A stretch of DNA of 64,000 bases from Octopus sinensis (GCF_006345805.1 NC_043001.1:124620001-124684000), one strand, 5' to 3'; positions 1 through 13,976 are shown, counted from the stretch's first letter. Program-made: numbers and translations. The notes: generated by a model from the letters alone, not told the origin.

Positions 1-212
1 CTATCTTTTACTCTATCTATATATGTGTGTGAGTGTGTGTGTGTGCATGTGTATATATATATTTCTCCTCAATTTATATTATTTAAAAAATAAGCCGGTA
101 AAAAATTCATTATTTGTAATCTCTCCTGGGACTCTTTAACGTGACGGTTCACTGTATCATCACGACCTACACGCCAAAGATTGCAGGCCTTCTTTTTTAT
201 GTCTTTTGTTCT

Positions 213-316
213 TTATTTTTTACTTATGCTTGATTTATCAGAATCGTTAGAACATCAGGTATTCGGAATTCATATCCTTCCCGTTTTAACTCTTCTTTTC
301 ATCATTCTGAAGTCGA
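213..316 (+). repeat. Left arm of a perfect 104-bp inverted repeat (partner 1588-1691)
   Basis: 213-316 is the exact reverse complement of 1588-1691 by base-by-base comparison. Confidence 0.95.
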
Positions 317-1587
317 TGAGAAGAAGTACCCATCAGACATCAGGATCAATTCGATATACCAAACAATTTCCCTAAAATTTTTGACCTTTAACCTCGGTAC
401 GAAATTTAAAAAGGCTGTTGTTTAGAAGAATCATTAAAACGTCAAATAAAATATCTTGATGTATTTTTTTCGACGGTTTGTGTTCTGAGTTCGGATCCCA
501 CCGACATCAAATCTGGCCTTCATTCCCCAAGAATTATAAAAATAAAGTACCAGGCAAGACCTGCAGTCACTGTAATCGATTAATCCTATCCTGCATTTTT
601 CAGACAGCAATAAAGTGCGTTACACTGGCGAAATCGGTAGAGTGCCGAAATTGATGCACTGTGATATTGCTTCTGGTTCTTCATATTTTGAATTTAGGTT
701 ACTTCCTCCCCACGTGATCAACTTTGTCTTTCATCTTTCTGTGGATGATAAAATAAAAGTACCAGTGAAAAACTGGTATGGTGGTGGAGGTATATAATCG
801 ACTAGTCCTCTCGACCCAAAGGTTTGGTTTTATGCCCAATTTAAAAGCAAAAGTAGTTGATTGATAGAATTTTACCTTGCTGTATGTGTTCCACTCTTTG
901 TGCTCTGATGTTAAATCTCACCGAGGCCAACTCTAATTTTCATTTCACCAAAATCAATAAACCAGTCATGTACTGTCTTCCATGGTATGGAACACCTTTC
1001 TCATTCAAATAATTGGCCTTGCATCTGAATCAGAATCAGTTATTTTTGTAACGAAAGCAGTGGAGTATTGGAAAAATACGTTGCAGTTATGTGTTGTCTC
1101 CCTTTACCGTTGAAATCCTGCTCGAGTCAATGTAATCGAGGACACCCACTTGCCCAAACGCGTAGGAGCTTTGTTGAAATTTAAGCTAAAAGCACCTAAC
1201 TAGCAGCACATGTCGGTGAAAGAATCGAAAGAGAGTGCCGAAAACTTTTTATGAGATGGTACAATATCTCGACGATTTGAATTTAAAACCTGCCAGAGTA
1301 ACCTGGGCTCCTGAATCGATTAAATAAGAATCTATTCACATACACTAAGTTGATTCAATTTGTTATATGTGTTTATGAAAATGTGTGACATTGTTCCAAT
1401 ATTAGAAATGCGTATTTCCAATATTGGAAATGCTACTACTACCGCTGCTATTGGTGCTGCTGCTATTGGTGCTATTGGTGCTGCTGCTGCTGCTGCTGTT
1501 GCTTCTGCTACTGCCATGTGCATCATCAGTAATGCCACCTTACCAAAGACGCGGTCTAATAAAGTCGCTCTTTCCACATTCATATTG

Positions 1588-1691
1588 TCGACTTCAGAAT
1601 GATGAAAAGAAGAGTTAAAACGGGAAGGATATGAATTCCGAATACCTGATGTTCTAACGATTCTGATAAATCAAGCATAAGTAAAAAATAA
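1588..1691 (-). repeat. Right arm of a perfect 104-bp inverted repeat (partner 213-316)
   Basis: Exact reverse complement of 213-316. Confidence 0.95.
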
Positions 1692-3566
1692 CATTCACCA
1701 GTTAAATATATATCAGCAATGTGAACCAGGGTTGTTCGTTAGAGTAATATAACCACAAATATCCACATAACCAACGTTTACTCCAAGGTTCTGTTGCGCT
1801 GAATGAGCAAAAGAGAAATGCTCACGACAACCTTCCTGTGATCGTCCAACCGACTAGATAGCTGCCAAATTTCCTTTATATCATATCTTTCTGTCTTAAA
1901 GAAGAAACGGTACATTGGTTGAAATAAAGATAGGAATTTCATTGGAATGCGTTTAATTGTAGATTTGCTCAGTCAAGACTGACCTGGCATTGAGTCCATA
2001 CAACATAAACGCTGATCGAGAATTTGATTTTTTTTAATCATTAACTTTGATCAGTAGAGAATATTCCCCAACAAAATAAAACCGGGAAGAATGTAGTTAG
2101 GTGTTTTGCTATGTGGTCCATCTAAACATATGCATTGGAATTTGAACTCGCAATATTGTTAATGTATAGGGGACTTTTGTAAAGTTATGAGTGGTTTCAG
2201 CACTAATGGAAATTTCTTCTCCCTTTTGTATAAATACAGCCTGTCGGCCTAGCAAAACTGGTCCGTCTCCGAGCTATAGCTTCAAAAGCAGTTGAATTTA
2301 AACAAGTAAAGAGCCGTGTTACGATGCCTATAGCTCGAAACTCTCTCTGCACTTTCGATCGATTAGTCAGGTAAGGATCAGTACACAAACCATTTTCAGA
2401 GGCCCCAACACTAGTGGGAGAAATGGAAAATGTTATCCTCAAAGTAGAGACATGACCTGAATGTTTGCAACCGACTAAAGTCTTCTAAAGTCAGCGGGTG
2501 ATCAAGTGTTGGTACTCAAACAAACGGCGGCTTAAGTTTACTACTCGTGTAGGTCACCGCAGGATTTGAACCCAAAACACAAAACCCCTGAATAATTTGC
2601 CACAAGGCATTTAACGGATGCTCAAATTATCATGCTAGTCCACCTATACTTGAATGGCAAAACATTCTTGGCGAGATGTTTAGTTAGAGTGTATGGAGCC
2701 GGAGTGAAAACTATAAAGCATTTCATTGCCTCTAACGACTTTGCCAATTCGACGCCTGCAGTGAAAGAATTTGAGATAAGAATCCGAGACAATCTCTTGC
2801 AACAGTCATCGAAAAATTCTTGATAATAGGTGACGGGTAGCGGAGAAAAGGTGGTTCGCGTCGAATCAGCCATTTTCGAAAGTGAAGTATATTTCCCGAT
2901 GTGTTCTTCACAACATAAAAATGTAGTCCTTTTTAAGGAGCATCGATATGTGAGGTGTACCGGTGTAACTTATCACTCCAGCCATTTAACATCTACAAAG
3001 AGAAAAAGGATTATGTGCTTTGCATTAACAATGCTAATGCTCATATGATGAATCATTATTCAATCCATTATGATAAAGTCGTAAGCTGTAAAGAGATTAT
3101 AATTCCTGTGCGTTCTTTGACAGTCTCAGAAGTGTCAATCACGGTTTCTGTTGGGAAACAACAAGCATTACATCGGATTTCAATTTAGTATTGAAATAGC
3201 TAGACAGATATTATCAAGCGATATCAACAATAGCAAGATGGCCTTCCTGTTCTCAGGCAATATCCCCAGAACGATTACGTGTTTTAGAAAGGGCTCTTGA
3301 CTTTACCAAACTGAGGCAAGATTACTGCATTACTGTATATATGGTGGGAATCAGTCTAACTACCATAACATGACAGAGGTATAAATATACACAGCCACAA
3401 ATAATACCTTTTACGTTTTTCTATATTTTCTTTATAACCGGTTTCAGCTATTGAACAGTGGTTGACTTCAAGCACTGCTTTCACGAGTTCTTTTCGACAC
3501 TGTTTTTATTAGATGCGATATGTATAGTTGATACTAGAATATACCAGTGGAACTAAATCGGACGGA

Positions 3567-3613
3567 GATAGATAGATAGGTAGGTAGGTAGATAGATAGA
3601 TAGATAGATAGAT
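3567..3613. repeat. (GATA)n/(GGTA)n microsatellite at the 3' end of the Tx1-like LINE
   Basis: Direct reading. Confidence 0.95.
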
Positions 3614-4016
3614 ATGTTTCTTTATTAGCCACACAGGGCTGCACACAGATAGAACAAATTACAAGGTAGAGCTTTTCTTTTGAAGGTATTAAAAAAAAAA
3701 AAAAAAAAAAAAAAGGAAGGGGGAGGTTCGATCAAAAGGGATCGTAAAAGGAGAGAAAGAGGACAAAAATAAGGGGGGTAAAAAAAAAAAAAAAAAAAAA
3801 AAGGGGGGGAGAGGAAAAAAAAATGATCAATAGGGATCGTTATCACAGAAATGTCAATATGAAGTGTAAAGGGGAGGACAGGTGAGGTTTACCCGTGGAA
3901 AGAAAAGCCTGCGGAAAAGACCACGGTAACCTCGGTCAATGAAGTCACATTTTATATTTCTTTTTTTTTTTTTTTTTTTTTGCAAATAAGCAACTCTCTG
4001 TTTTCGATTTCTGGGT

Positions 4017-7000
4017 TCATAGGACTATGCTCAAGGTGGCTTCGTCATTCATACGTGCCATTCTTGCTACATTCACCCATCTTTTTTTAAAACATTCGCT
4101 AGACAAAACTTGCCTCTCTACTCTCACTTTCCTTTTCAAGTGGTACTTGAAGAAGTTGATGAGAGATTGACCAGAGAGGAAAGTGTTTGTCTCCAATCCT
4201 TTCAGACGCGTCCACCAGATACATTCTTTCGCCATAGCCACAAGGATGATGAAAATAGCTCTTCCTTCCCGTTTGAAGGAAGGAGGCGTGACAATATTGA
4301 CGATAGACTCAGCTGATAAACCGACTCGTCCCACACGTGACAGCAGTTGTTCGACATAAGCCCACAGGTCGGAAATTGTTGGACACTGAACGAGTGCGTG
4401 CAGAACGGTTTCGTCGCTCTGACCGCATCTCGGGCAGGTCGGCCCCGTGTTTCTCGAGCCGTGTCTGTAGAGCTTATCCCGAACGGGTAGCGCTTCTCGG
4501 TAGCACTGCCAGGCCAGGGATCTCTGGAAGTTGTCCATGGGCCCTGGCCCGAAAGTCGTCCCGAACAGGCGGGTCAGGTACTCCTCGTCGACGTCCAGTT
4601 CGCCCCGAGCTCGTCGTCGTACCTCCCCTCCACTAAACCCCTATAGAATGCTTTGGTTGTGTTGAAGTCACTTAAGGTCGACCCAGGACGGCAGAGTTGC
4701 TTGAGAGCAACGCGACACTCGCGGTGCCATTCGCCCTTCCTCGGCCTCTTTTTGATCCACGACTGCAGTTCGGTCATGGAGACGAGCTGCGGGAAAGCGT
4801 GCCTCACAAACGGCGACCACACCTGTTCACCGTCGTCTACATAGAGCCAGAGATGTCGCAGTCTCAGCGCGTGTCTGCGCATCATCAACCACGGCATGCC
4901 CAGCCCTCCTTTTAACGGGTGTTGACAGCAAATGGATCGCCTGACCATCGGGACGCATCCTTTCCACAAGAAGCGAAAGAGGATGCGTTGTAGTTTGGTG
5001 ATGGTAGGGTCGGGACAAGGTACGACGGTCAGGCGGTAGTAGATGACGGACGCGATGTACGTGTTCGCCACCTCCGCTCGACCTTTTAGGGACAGTTTCC
5101 TCTCGGCCCATTGCCGGGCGAGAGTGACCACCCTACTCGTTATCTCGTTCCAGTTCTTCTCCACTTGGAGGTCCGGACCAAACCAGACCCCGAGCAACTC
5201 AACCGGGCCGTCGGTCCAGCGTCCCACGACGGAGGCGCTGGTGGACGGCATGGGCTTGCTTCTCCAGGTGCCTAGTCGCAAGCCCACTGACTTTTCCCGG
5301 TTGATTTTCGCTCCTGTCACCGCTTCGTAGTTTTTCAGTGTCTCGCCGACCAGCTCGATGTGCTCGTGGCTAGACACTATGACGGTGACGTCGTCCGCGT
5401 ATGCAGACACGCTCGTCCCGCATCCCAATTCTCGCGGGATGCCCCTTAGAGTCGCCAGCTTCCGCAGTAGTGGCTCAAGAGTCAATACGTATAGAAGCGC
5501 CGAGAGGGGGCATCCCTGACGGACCGAACGTGCAATGTCGAAAGGTCTCGATAGATGTCCATTTACGCGAATTACCGAACGGATGCCTCTGTACAAGGCA
5601 GCTATCCAGCCGCGGAAGACGGGACCGAAACCAGCCGCTCTCAGGACTGCCTCCAAGTATCGATGGTCTACCCTATCAAAGGCTTTTGATTGATCCAAGT
5701 TGATCAGGGCCCCACCCATGCCAGGTTCGTTAACTACCCTGTCTATGATGTAGCGCATCAGATGGAGGTTGTCATGGATGGTCCGGCCTGGCACGGCGCA
5801 TGTTTGCGCCTTGTCGACCAGTTTCTCGATGACAAGCGCCAACCTCTTGGCTAGCACCTTGGCCAAAATTTTCAAGTCTGCATTAAGCAGAGTGATGGGC
5901 CTAAAGTTATCTATTACATTTCCCTGTTTAGATCTTTCTTCAGCAGTGTTACGGCTCCTCGGCTCACAAAACCAGGAATGCTCCCGTTTTGCTGCCAGTT
6001 GCAGTACACCGCCGCCAAGAGATCTCCAAACAAGTCTGGCATACAATTGTAAAGCTCGTAGGGTAGACCATCCAAACCCGGTGATTTGTCCCTCGAGCAT
6101 TCTGCCATCGCTTCCCGCACTTCCGCCGCCGTGATGGCACCTTCGCAGCACCCTGCCTTTCTTGTCGAGAGTCGTGGTAGGCTATGTAGGTAGGCACTGA
6201 AGTCCACCCTACGTTCTTGCCCTCCACTCGTTCCGAACAGTCGGGCAAAATGCTGCTGAAAGGCCTCACACATTTTACTTGGCTCGAGCAATTCGCGCCC
6301 CTGTTCATCTACCAGTGACCGAATGGTGGCTTTGTTGCCCTGTTGCGCCTCTGCCACCCGGGCCTCTCTCGCGGCTCCAACACCTTCGTTCCTTAGAGCA
6401 CGCATCCTAGCTCTGACAGCACATCCTTCGTGTTTGGCGTTGAAGTGTTGGTCGAGGGCCAACCTCGCCGCCAAAACGTCGGATGCGATGCCGCTTCTAA
6501 TTGCCTCTTCTAGCTTCTTAACTAGCTCACCCTCTACTCTATTTCTATCTATGGCTAGTGCTTTGCTGTACCTAATCGCTTCTGCTTTTACTGCTCTCTT
6601 GAGGGCAAACCACCATTTGTTGTTGATGATGGCTCCCGTCAAAGCCCTCTTTACTAGTGTGCTAATCCGGTCTCTGAAAACTTGTCTCGATGGAAAGACG
6701 CGTTTAGTTTCCAGTATCCGGGACCCTGCCTAAGTGTCTTACCTAAGTCTAGCGTACATGTCACAAGTTTGTGATCCGTGTAGCTGACTATGTGGAATTG
6801 TGGACATCCTATGCTATCTCTATCTACTGTCCTACACAGTATCCTATCTAGATACGATCTCGACGACCCGATGCGGTTGCTCCATGTCCACGTTGGCGCA
6901 TTCGGGTGGTCTAGTCGAAACCTGTCAGACAGTTGAAAGCGTCTGAGCAGGTCTCTGAGGCATTTGCATCCCCGTCTATTCCTATCTCTACCCACGTAGT

Positions 7001-7450
7001 CTACATGCGTGTCCAAGGTAGCATTCCAATCCCCCACTAAGAGTAAAGGACGAGACGTTCCCAAGAAAACTTCTAGACGTTGAAAGAAATCCGCCCGACC
7101 TGTTAAGGGCGGTGCGTAGACTGATACGAGCCGAAAAGCGCACCCATTGCTGCCGTCGACATCCAGGACGACCAGTCTACCCTCGGGTCTACGAATATTG
7201 TCCTTACATTGAGATCCAGACTCTTGTGAAAAAGTACCGCGGTGCCACTACCGCCCATTCTCGGCAGACAGGGGGAAAAATAAATGTTGAACTGTCCGCC
7301 AAACATGGTCTTTAGGGCCCGCGGATTGTGGAGTCTGGTCTCGCTTATGGCTATGATTTCTAACTTATGTGACTTTATGTCATTTAAGAGGTACCCTTGT
7401 TTCCAAGGGGACCCCAAGCCACGCGCATTTACACAACCAATCTTGATCAT
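4017..7450 (-). pseudogene. Tx1-like ORF2: APE endonuclease, reverse transcriptase and C-terminal Cys/His domain, split by several frameshifts
   Basis: APE motifs MIKIGCVNARGL, ISETRL, LVGDWNA, YLDRILC, TDHKLV. RT motifs FRPITLLNADLKILAKVLA, LDQSKAFDRVDH, RQGCPLS, YADD. CPRCGQSDETVLHALVQC near the C-terminus. Spread over ORFs 7103-7450, 6654-7064, 5914-6642, 4574-6151 and 4017-4538. Confidence 0.93.
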
Positions 7451-7481
7451 AGTTCTAATGAATTAGAATACAGAGGGTTAC

Positions 7482-9489
7482 TTACTGCTCGAAAGTTTTT
7501 GCTTTCTCCTCCGTTGGTTTGTCCTCGAGAAGATCCCAGTACAGTTTCTTTGTGAGATATTTTTGGCATTTACCAACCGCACTGGGGAAAATGCCTTTGA
7601 GTGTGTGGTGCAGACTTTTGGAGATGTGTATTATTTTGATGTGGTCTGGTGGTGTTGTGTATGGGTGGTTGTTTGTTTTTATGTCATCTTCTGTTATGTT
7701 TGTTTTTGATTGGATGTATTCCATCAAATTTGTGTTTTGGTGTCTATGGCTGTGAGCATGTTTGCTGTATATGTTTTTGTGGTGTTGGTGTGGCTGTTGT
7801 TTGCGTTGGGTTTTGAAATGTCTTCGGGAGATGTATTTCCCCCTGCTTTGTTCGTGTTTGCATTTGGTTTGGTTGTGTTTCTGCTCTTTATTTTCCTTCT
7901 TTTTGTAGCTATTTGCCATTCCTCACTGGTTTCGTCTTCCGACGAAATTTCTGAGGAATCAGAAGGGGGTAGGGGTATGTTGTGGGCTTCTATGTATGTC
8001 TGTGTAAGTGGTTGTGTTGTTGTTTTCGTTGTTGTTGGTTGTTGAGTGTTTGTGTGTGTTGAGTGCGGTATAAGGGATGGGGGATCAGTTTGTGTGTGTT
8101 TTCTTTGTTTTTCTGTTCCTTTGGGTTTTGCTGTTGATGGTAGTGTTGGTATTTTTCCAGGTGTCGAGTGGTTTTTGGTTGATGACGGATTAGCTTGGTG
8201 TGCTTCTCTTGTCGTCTTCTGTGTTGATGGTGGTGTGGGTAGTAGAGCTTTTTTTCCGGAGTGCTTTGGTTGTGGTAGTGGTTGTTGTTGTTGCTCTTGG
8301 TGTGCAGTGGTTGGGCACGTCTTTTTCAAGTGTGTTTCGCTTCCACACAAATAGCAGCGTGGTCGCCTGCCCTCTACCACTATATAGAGTTTGTAGCCTC
8401 CTGGCAGTTCTATAGCGGTGGGTATCTTCTCTCTTGCTGCTTCATCCAATTGAAGCAGGAATTCGATTGATTTGCCCACATAGTCTTTCTCTCCTAGAAC
8501 CGCGATTTCCAGGATGTTTGTCTCTGACATTGTCTCTGACATTTCAAAGCAGATGGCAGAGACCACCCATTGTGTTTCGACATCAAATGGTATGTTTTTT
8601 ATTTGGACTTTCGTGACCCTTTTGTTTAAATAGACTGGTATCATTACCAAGTCGTCCGAATGTAGCTCCAATGTGGAAAAACGTTTTGCTAAACTTTCGT
8701 TGAGGAAACGTACTTGGACTGTACCAAATTTGTTTCCCCAACTGATATATTCCTTGGAGTCCCATACAGGACGAAGGCATTTATCGATTTTTTCCTGCGG
8801 TGCATTTTCTGTTCTTCTTGTTTTTTTGTTTATTACTTTATAAATTATTGTTTTTTTTGCGTGTTTTACACGATGTGTTGTGGAATATGAAGGTGCAATT
8901 TGTCTCCTTCTTTGGAGAAGAGTGCCTTTGTGCGGTTTATCTCTTGTGTGGTGAATGTTACAATTGTTCTTTTTTGTTTTGTTACGTCCGCAAAATTCGT
9001 TTTGAATTTGGCAGTAGAAGTGTTAATTGTGGCAGTGTTAATTGAAGTCATGGTAGTGGTGTTGGTGTTGGCGGTATTAGCAGCAGAAGGCTTGGATGTA
9101 GCATTTGACGTCGTAGTAGTGGTGTTGGTGTTGGCGGTGTTGTCTTTGGTAGGCGGCTTTGTGCCAATTTCGTTGTTGTTGTTGTTGGTGGTGATGGTGG
9201 TGGTGCTGGCATTCATGTTTTCGTTTGTATTCATTTTTGAAATCCCTTTCTTTGTCCCTTTATCATCAACAAGTGGTGTGGGGAGTGAGGGGAAATCTAA
9301 GTTAATGTCTTTGGTCGCGGCGATGGTGAATGCGACGTTAGATTTGTTGTTGTTGTTGTTGGTGGTGGTGATGGTGGTGACAGCGGTGTTCACGCTGCGA
9401 TGTTTAGCAGCTAGTGGTAGCAATAGTGTTTTGCTACCGTTCTGCATGACTGGCGGGCTAGCCACGTGGTTTCTAGTTGCCATTTTCAA
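7482..9489 (-). pseudogene. Tx1-like ORF1 (gag-like) with a single CX2CX4HX4C knuckle, frameshifted
   Basis: ORFs 8866-9489, 7724-8671 (GRRPRCYLCGSETHLKKTC) and 7482-7919, with Thr/Asn/Gln-rich low-complexity flanks, lying directly upstream of ORF2. Confidence 0.85.
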
Positions 9490-9702
9490 AATGAAAAATG
9501 GCTAAAAAACCCACGAAAGTTTTGAAAGTTTTTTTGTAATTTCGCCCATACAGGGGCGGAATTCTACGTGAATAATTCTCAGGTTTTTTAGTGAATGAAT
9601 TTGCACAACGATTAAAACAAAATATTTGACGACAAGGAGTTTTAAACATGTAAAAGTGGCCAACTTACTTGGAGCCGATATGACTAGCGTCCGTCCATTG
9701 TG

Positions 9703-9708
9703 ATAGAG

Positions 9709-9749
<41 letters not shown>

Positions 9750-9758
9750 TATATATAT

Positions 9759-9791
<33 letters not shown>

Positions 9792-9814
9792 AAGATAGAT
9801 ATATATATATATAT

Positions 9815-9845
<31 letters not shown>

Positions 9846-9876
9846 TATAGATAGATATAGAGATAGATAGATAGAT

Positions 9877-9917
<41 letters not shown>

Positions 9918-9918
9918 T

Positions 9919-9993
<75 letters not shown>

Positions 9994-9994
9994 T

Positions 9995-10033
<39 letters not shown>

Positions 10034-10056
10034 TATAGATAGATAGATAGATAGAT

Positions 10057-10118
<62 letters not shown>

Positions 10119-10417
10119 GCAGACAGGCAGAAAAACAGACAGGAAAACAGACAGATACACAGAAAGACAGGCAGACAGACAGGTATGTATGTTGATACAT
10201 TAGATTAGCTAGATAGACAGACAGGAAAAACAGATAGACATACAGACAGACAGGTATGTATGTATATATGTATGTATGTACGTATGTATGTATGTATGTA
10301 TGTATGTATGTAGGTAGGTAGGTAGGTAGGTAGGTAGGTAGGTAGGTAGGTAGGTAGGTAGGCACGTAGGTAGGTAGGTAGGTAGCTAGGTAGGTAGGTA
10401 GGTAGATTAGATTAAAT

Positions 10418-10514
<97 letters not shown>
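9703..10514. repeat. Compound microsatellite (GATA)n-(GACA)n-(GTAT)n-(GTAG)n-(GATA)n
   Basis: Direct reading. Confidence 0.95.
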
Positions 10515-10879
10515 GTTAAAACATGGATAGGCATTGTAAACATATGTTATTACATTCTTTAGCCTGCGTGGCACCTTGAGTAAAAATTATTTCTGTAGTC
10601 TCAGTTCGACCAATACCCTCCGAAATTGTCTAACTAGAAACTGTAGAGAAACCCACTGAATATATTAGGCTAATAATACGAAAGTTACAAACCTGTTATA
10701 CACTATGTCACGCTAGTTTTGCCGAAGAATTAAGTCAAAAATACATGTATGTGGAATATTTAGCCACTTACACTTTAATTCAAGTGCAGCTAATCCGGTT
10801 GATCAAACAACTGACTCCTCACTGTCAAACGACAGAGATCCACTATTTGTATAAGATTATATGTAGATATGCATGTATA

Positions 10880-10993
10880 CATGTGTGTATAAAAGCGCGT
10901 ATTTATGTATGTATGCATGTATTTGTGTATGCGTGCATGTATGTATGTATGTATGTATGTATGTATGTATGTATGTATGTATGTATGTATGTG

Positions 10994-11030
<37 letters not shown>

Positions 11031-11050
11031 ACGTATGCATGCATGTATAA
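10880..11050. repeat. (TATG)n/(TA)n/(TG)n microsatellite
   Basis: Direct reading. Confidence 0.9.
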
Positions 11051-11328
11051 TCTACTTCGAGTGTATGAGTGATAAAAGTAAATATTCAATACAATATTAT
11101 ATTGACAGCTGATGTCACTAGATAGTTGCAAGGAATGTGAACAATGACGGACGACCCTATCGGTGGGAGACAAACCTAATCCATTAATGTGTCATATGTA
11201 ACCTTAAAATCAACACAAATATTTTCATTGCTTCTAAACTTTTATCTTTAGTTCTATTACCTTTTTTGTGAATATTTACTTTAACCACATGAAATTATGT
11301 AAATGTAAACACATTTACGATTTAGGCA

Positions 11329-11600
11329 GCAGTTACGCACTGGGGTCGATATAATCAACTTAATCCCTTTGTCTGTCTTTGTTTGTTCTCTCTGTGTTTA
11401 GCCTCTTGCGGGTAGTAAAGAAATAGTTATTTCGTCTGCCGTTACGTTCTGAGTTCAAATTCCACCGAGGTCAACTTTGTCTTTCATCCTTTCGAGTTCG
11501 ATAAATTAAATACCAGTTACGCACTGGGGTCGATGTCATCGACTTAATCCTTTTGTCTGTCCCCTCTGTGTATAGCCCCTTGTGGGCAGTAAAGAAATAA
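11329..11600 (+). mobile_element. SINE family A, head-less partial dimer
   Basis: Same body as the other family-A copies, with internal junction gaaata|gttatttcgtc at about 11425. Confidence 0.85.
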
Positions 11601-11663
11601 GAAAGGTAGAGAAGCCCTTTGTGTGTGTGTGTGTGTGTGTGAGTGAGTGTATGTGTGTGTGAT

Positions 11664-11706
<43 letters not shown>

Positions 11707-12004
11707 ATGGGTGGGTGTGAGACTGTTTGTGTGTGTGTCGTTGCGTGTACGTGTCTGTCCTTGACATATTGCCAATTAGTATAAGTCTGTTTACATTCCC
11801 GTAGGTTATCGGTTCGGCAAAATGGACGATAGAATACATTGCAGGCTTAAAAATGTATGTACTGAGGTCGATTTTTTTCGACAAAACCCTTCAAGGCAGT
11901 GTGTGATCATGATCACACTCCAATGATTGAAACAAGTAAAAAATAGAAAAGTAAAGATATGATGACCACTGATGAAAATTTTTAATGATATTTTATATTT
12001 TCAG

Positions 12005-12344
12005 ATATCAAGTGCCGTTCTGTTTTACTCTGGACATCTTTAAGTTTTCGTGTTCCAGCCAGATTTTTATTGTTCCTAAATCTTTCACGGCGACTGGCAT
12101 AAACTTGGTATATAGGAACACATAAGAAAAGACAAAACAAGGAAACACAAAATTAAAGTGCTTATCTTGACTTGTCTCAACTTAAAAGCAAAAAGAAAAA
12201 ACAGAAGAAAGCAACAAACAATGTCTTTCCCACATCTGATTGATCTTTTAAAACTGAGCCCAGAGGAAAAAACTGAAGAAGATCTTCACCGTTTAATATC
12301 ATGGTTTACAAAAATATGTCCTACATTCAGAGAACTGGACCGAT
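12005..12344 (+). other. Exon of the putative CNBD2-like gene (5'UTR plus first coding part)
   Basis: Acceptor ttttatattttcag| at 12004/12005 and donor |gtaagt at 12345. Confidence 0.55.
12221..12344 (+). CDS. First coding exon, N-terminus of a cyclic-nucleotide-binding-domain (CNBD2-like) protein
   Basis: MSFPHLIDLLKLSPEEKTEEDLHRLISWFTKICPTFRELDR followed by a phase-1 GTAAGT donor. It resembles the 'PxxRTxxD+xxL+xWF' helix that precedes the first cNMP domain in invertebrate CNBD proteins (recognised by eye). Confidence 0.65.
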
Positions 12345-12539
12345 GTAAGTATATCAATAAATCATATTTTGATGTTAACAAGAAATTCGGATTGATTGAT
12401 TGTTGATGCTGCAATACTTTATATCTAATGCCTTCTACGTTATTAAGTATATGAATACAAAAAGCTAGTTCATGCCAACATTTCACCCTGTAGTATATAT
12501 GTGTGTACATACATCTCTGTCTATCTATCTATCTATCTG

Positions 12540-12580
<41 letters not shown>

Positions 12581-13493
12581 GGCTCGAGAAACACGGGGCC
12601 GACCTGCCCGAGATGCGGTCAGAGCGACGAAACCGTTCTGCACGCACTCGTTCAGTGTCCAACAATTTCCGACCTGTGGGCTTGTGTCGAACAACTGCTG
12701 TCACGTGTGGGACGAGTCGGTTTATCAGCTGAGTCTATCGTCAATATTGTCACGCCTCCTTCCTTCAAACGGGAAGGAAGAGCTATTTTCATCATCCTTG
12801 TGGCTATGGCGAAAGAATGTATCTGGTGGACGCGTCTGAAAGGATTGTAGACAAACACTTTCCTCTCTGGTCAATCTCTCATCAACTTCTTCAAGTACCA
12901 CTTGAAAAGGAAAGTGAGAGTAGAGAGGCAAGTTTTGTCTAGCGAATGTTTTAAAAAAAGATGGGTGAATGTAGCAAGGATGGCACGTATGAATGACGAA
13001 GCCACCTTGAGCATAATCCTATGAACCCAGAAATTGAAAACAGAGGGTTACCCACTTGCAAACAAATGTGGTAACATATAACAATATTGACCACGTTTAC
13101 CGTGGTCTTTTTCGTAGGCTTTTCTTCCCACGGATAAACCTTACTTGCTTTCCCCTTTACACCATATATCATAACACTGTGATACACGATCCCTATTGAT
13201 CGTTTTTTTTTTCCTCTTCCCCTTTTTTCCCCCTCTTTCTTCTTTTTCATTTCTCTTTTCTTTTGTTCCTTTTCCGTTTCTTTTTTTTTCTTTTTATTCT
13301 TTTTATTTTTATTTTATTTATTTTATTTATTTTTTTTTGTTCTTTTCTTCCCTTTTACGATCCCTCTTGATCGAAAACCTACGCCACCCCCTTTTTTTTC
13401 TTTTGTTTTTTGTTTTTTTCATCCCCCAAAAGAAAAGCTCTACCTCGTAACTTGTCCCATCTGTGTGCAGCCCTGTGTGGCCAATAAAGAAAC
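12581..13493 (+). mobile_element. 5'-truncated Tx1-like LINE copy (ORF2 C-terminus plus 3'UTR)
   Basis: Near-identical to 3614-4480 in reverse. (TCTA)n on both sides. One TAG replaces the GAG codon in KGLET. Confidence 0.93.
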
Positions 13494-13542
<49 letters not shown>

Positions 13543-13581
13543 GATCGATCTATCTATCTATCTGTCTATCTATCTATCTAT

Positions 13582-13976
13582 GTAGCAAGGATGGCACATA
13601 TGAATGACGAAGCCACCTTGACCATGATCCTATGAACCGTAAAAATTAATACAGAGTGTAGCTTATTTGTAAAAAAATTTAACATATGACTTCATTGACC
13701 GGGGTTACCGTAGTCTTTTCGGTAGGCTTTTCTTTCCACGGGTAAACCTCACCTGTCCTCCCCTTTACACTTTATATTGACATTTCTGTGGTAACGATCT
13801 CTATTGATCGATTTTTCCTTTCCTTTTATTCCCCCCACTTTTTTGCTTTCCTCTTTCTTTCCTTTTACGATCCCTTTTGATCGAAAAGCAAGCCTCCTTT
13901 TTTATCCCCAAAAAGAAAAGCTCTACCTTGTAATTTGTCCCGTCTGTGTGCAGCCCTGTGTGGCTAATAAAGAAAC
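13582..13976 (+). mobile_element. Severely 5'-truncated Tx1-like LINE copy (last codons plus 3'UTR)
   Basis: Starts gtagcaaggatggcaca and ends gctaataaagaaac. (TCTA)n on both sides. Confidence 0.9.

Larger units (their letters stand above)
3614..9702 (-). mobile_element. Near-full-length Tx1/L1-clade non-LTR retrotransposon (about 6.1 kb), frameshifted
   Basis: 5'UTR, ORF1 with a CCHC knuckle, ORF2 (APE-RT-Cys-rich), and a T-rich 3'UTR ending AATAAAGAAAC then (TCTA)n. The 5' end abuts (TCTA)n. Confidence 0.93.

Noticed and set aside
1332-1618. Overlapping Ala-rich and Leu-rich ORFs
   Set aside because: They are driven by a (GCT)n-like low-complexity tract, with no recognisable domain or convincing splice context.
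2622-3188. Cluster of short ORFs on both strands
   Set aside because: No motif recognised and lengths are compatible with chance. A tblastn search would be needed.
9502-10365. Long ORFs such as MPTYLPTY.. and the many [16 protein letters not shown] ORFs throughout the window
   Set aside because: These are translations of stop-free microsatellites, not proteins.
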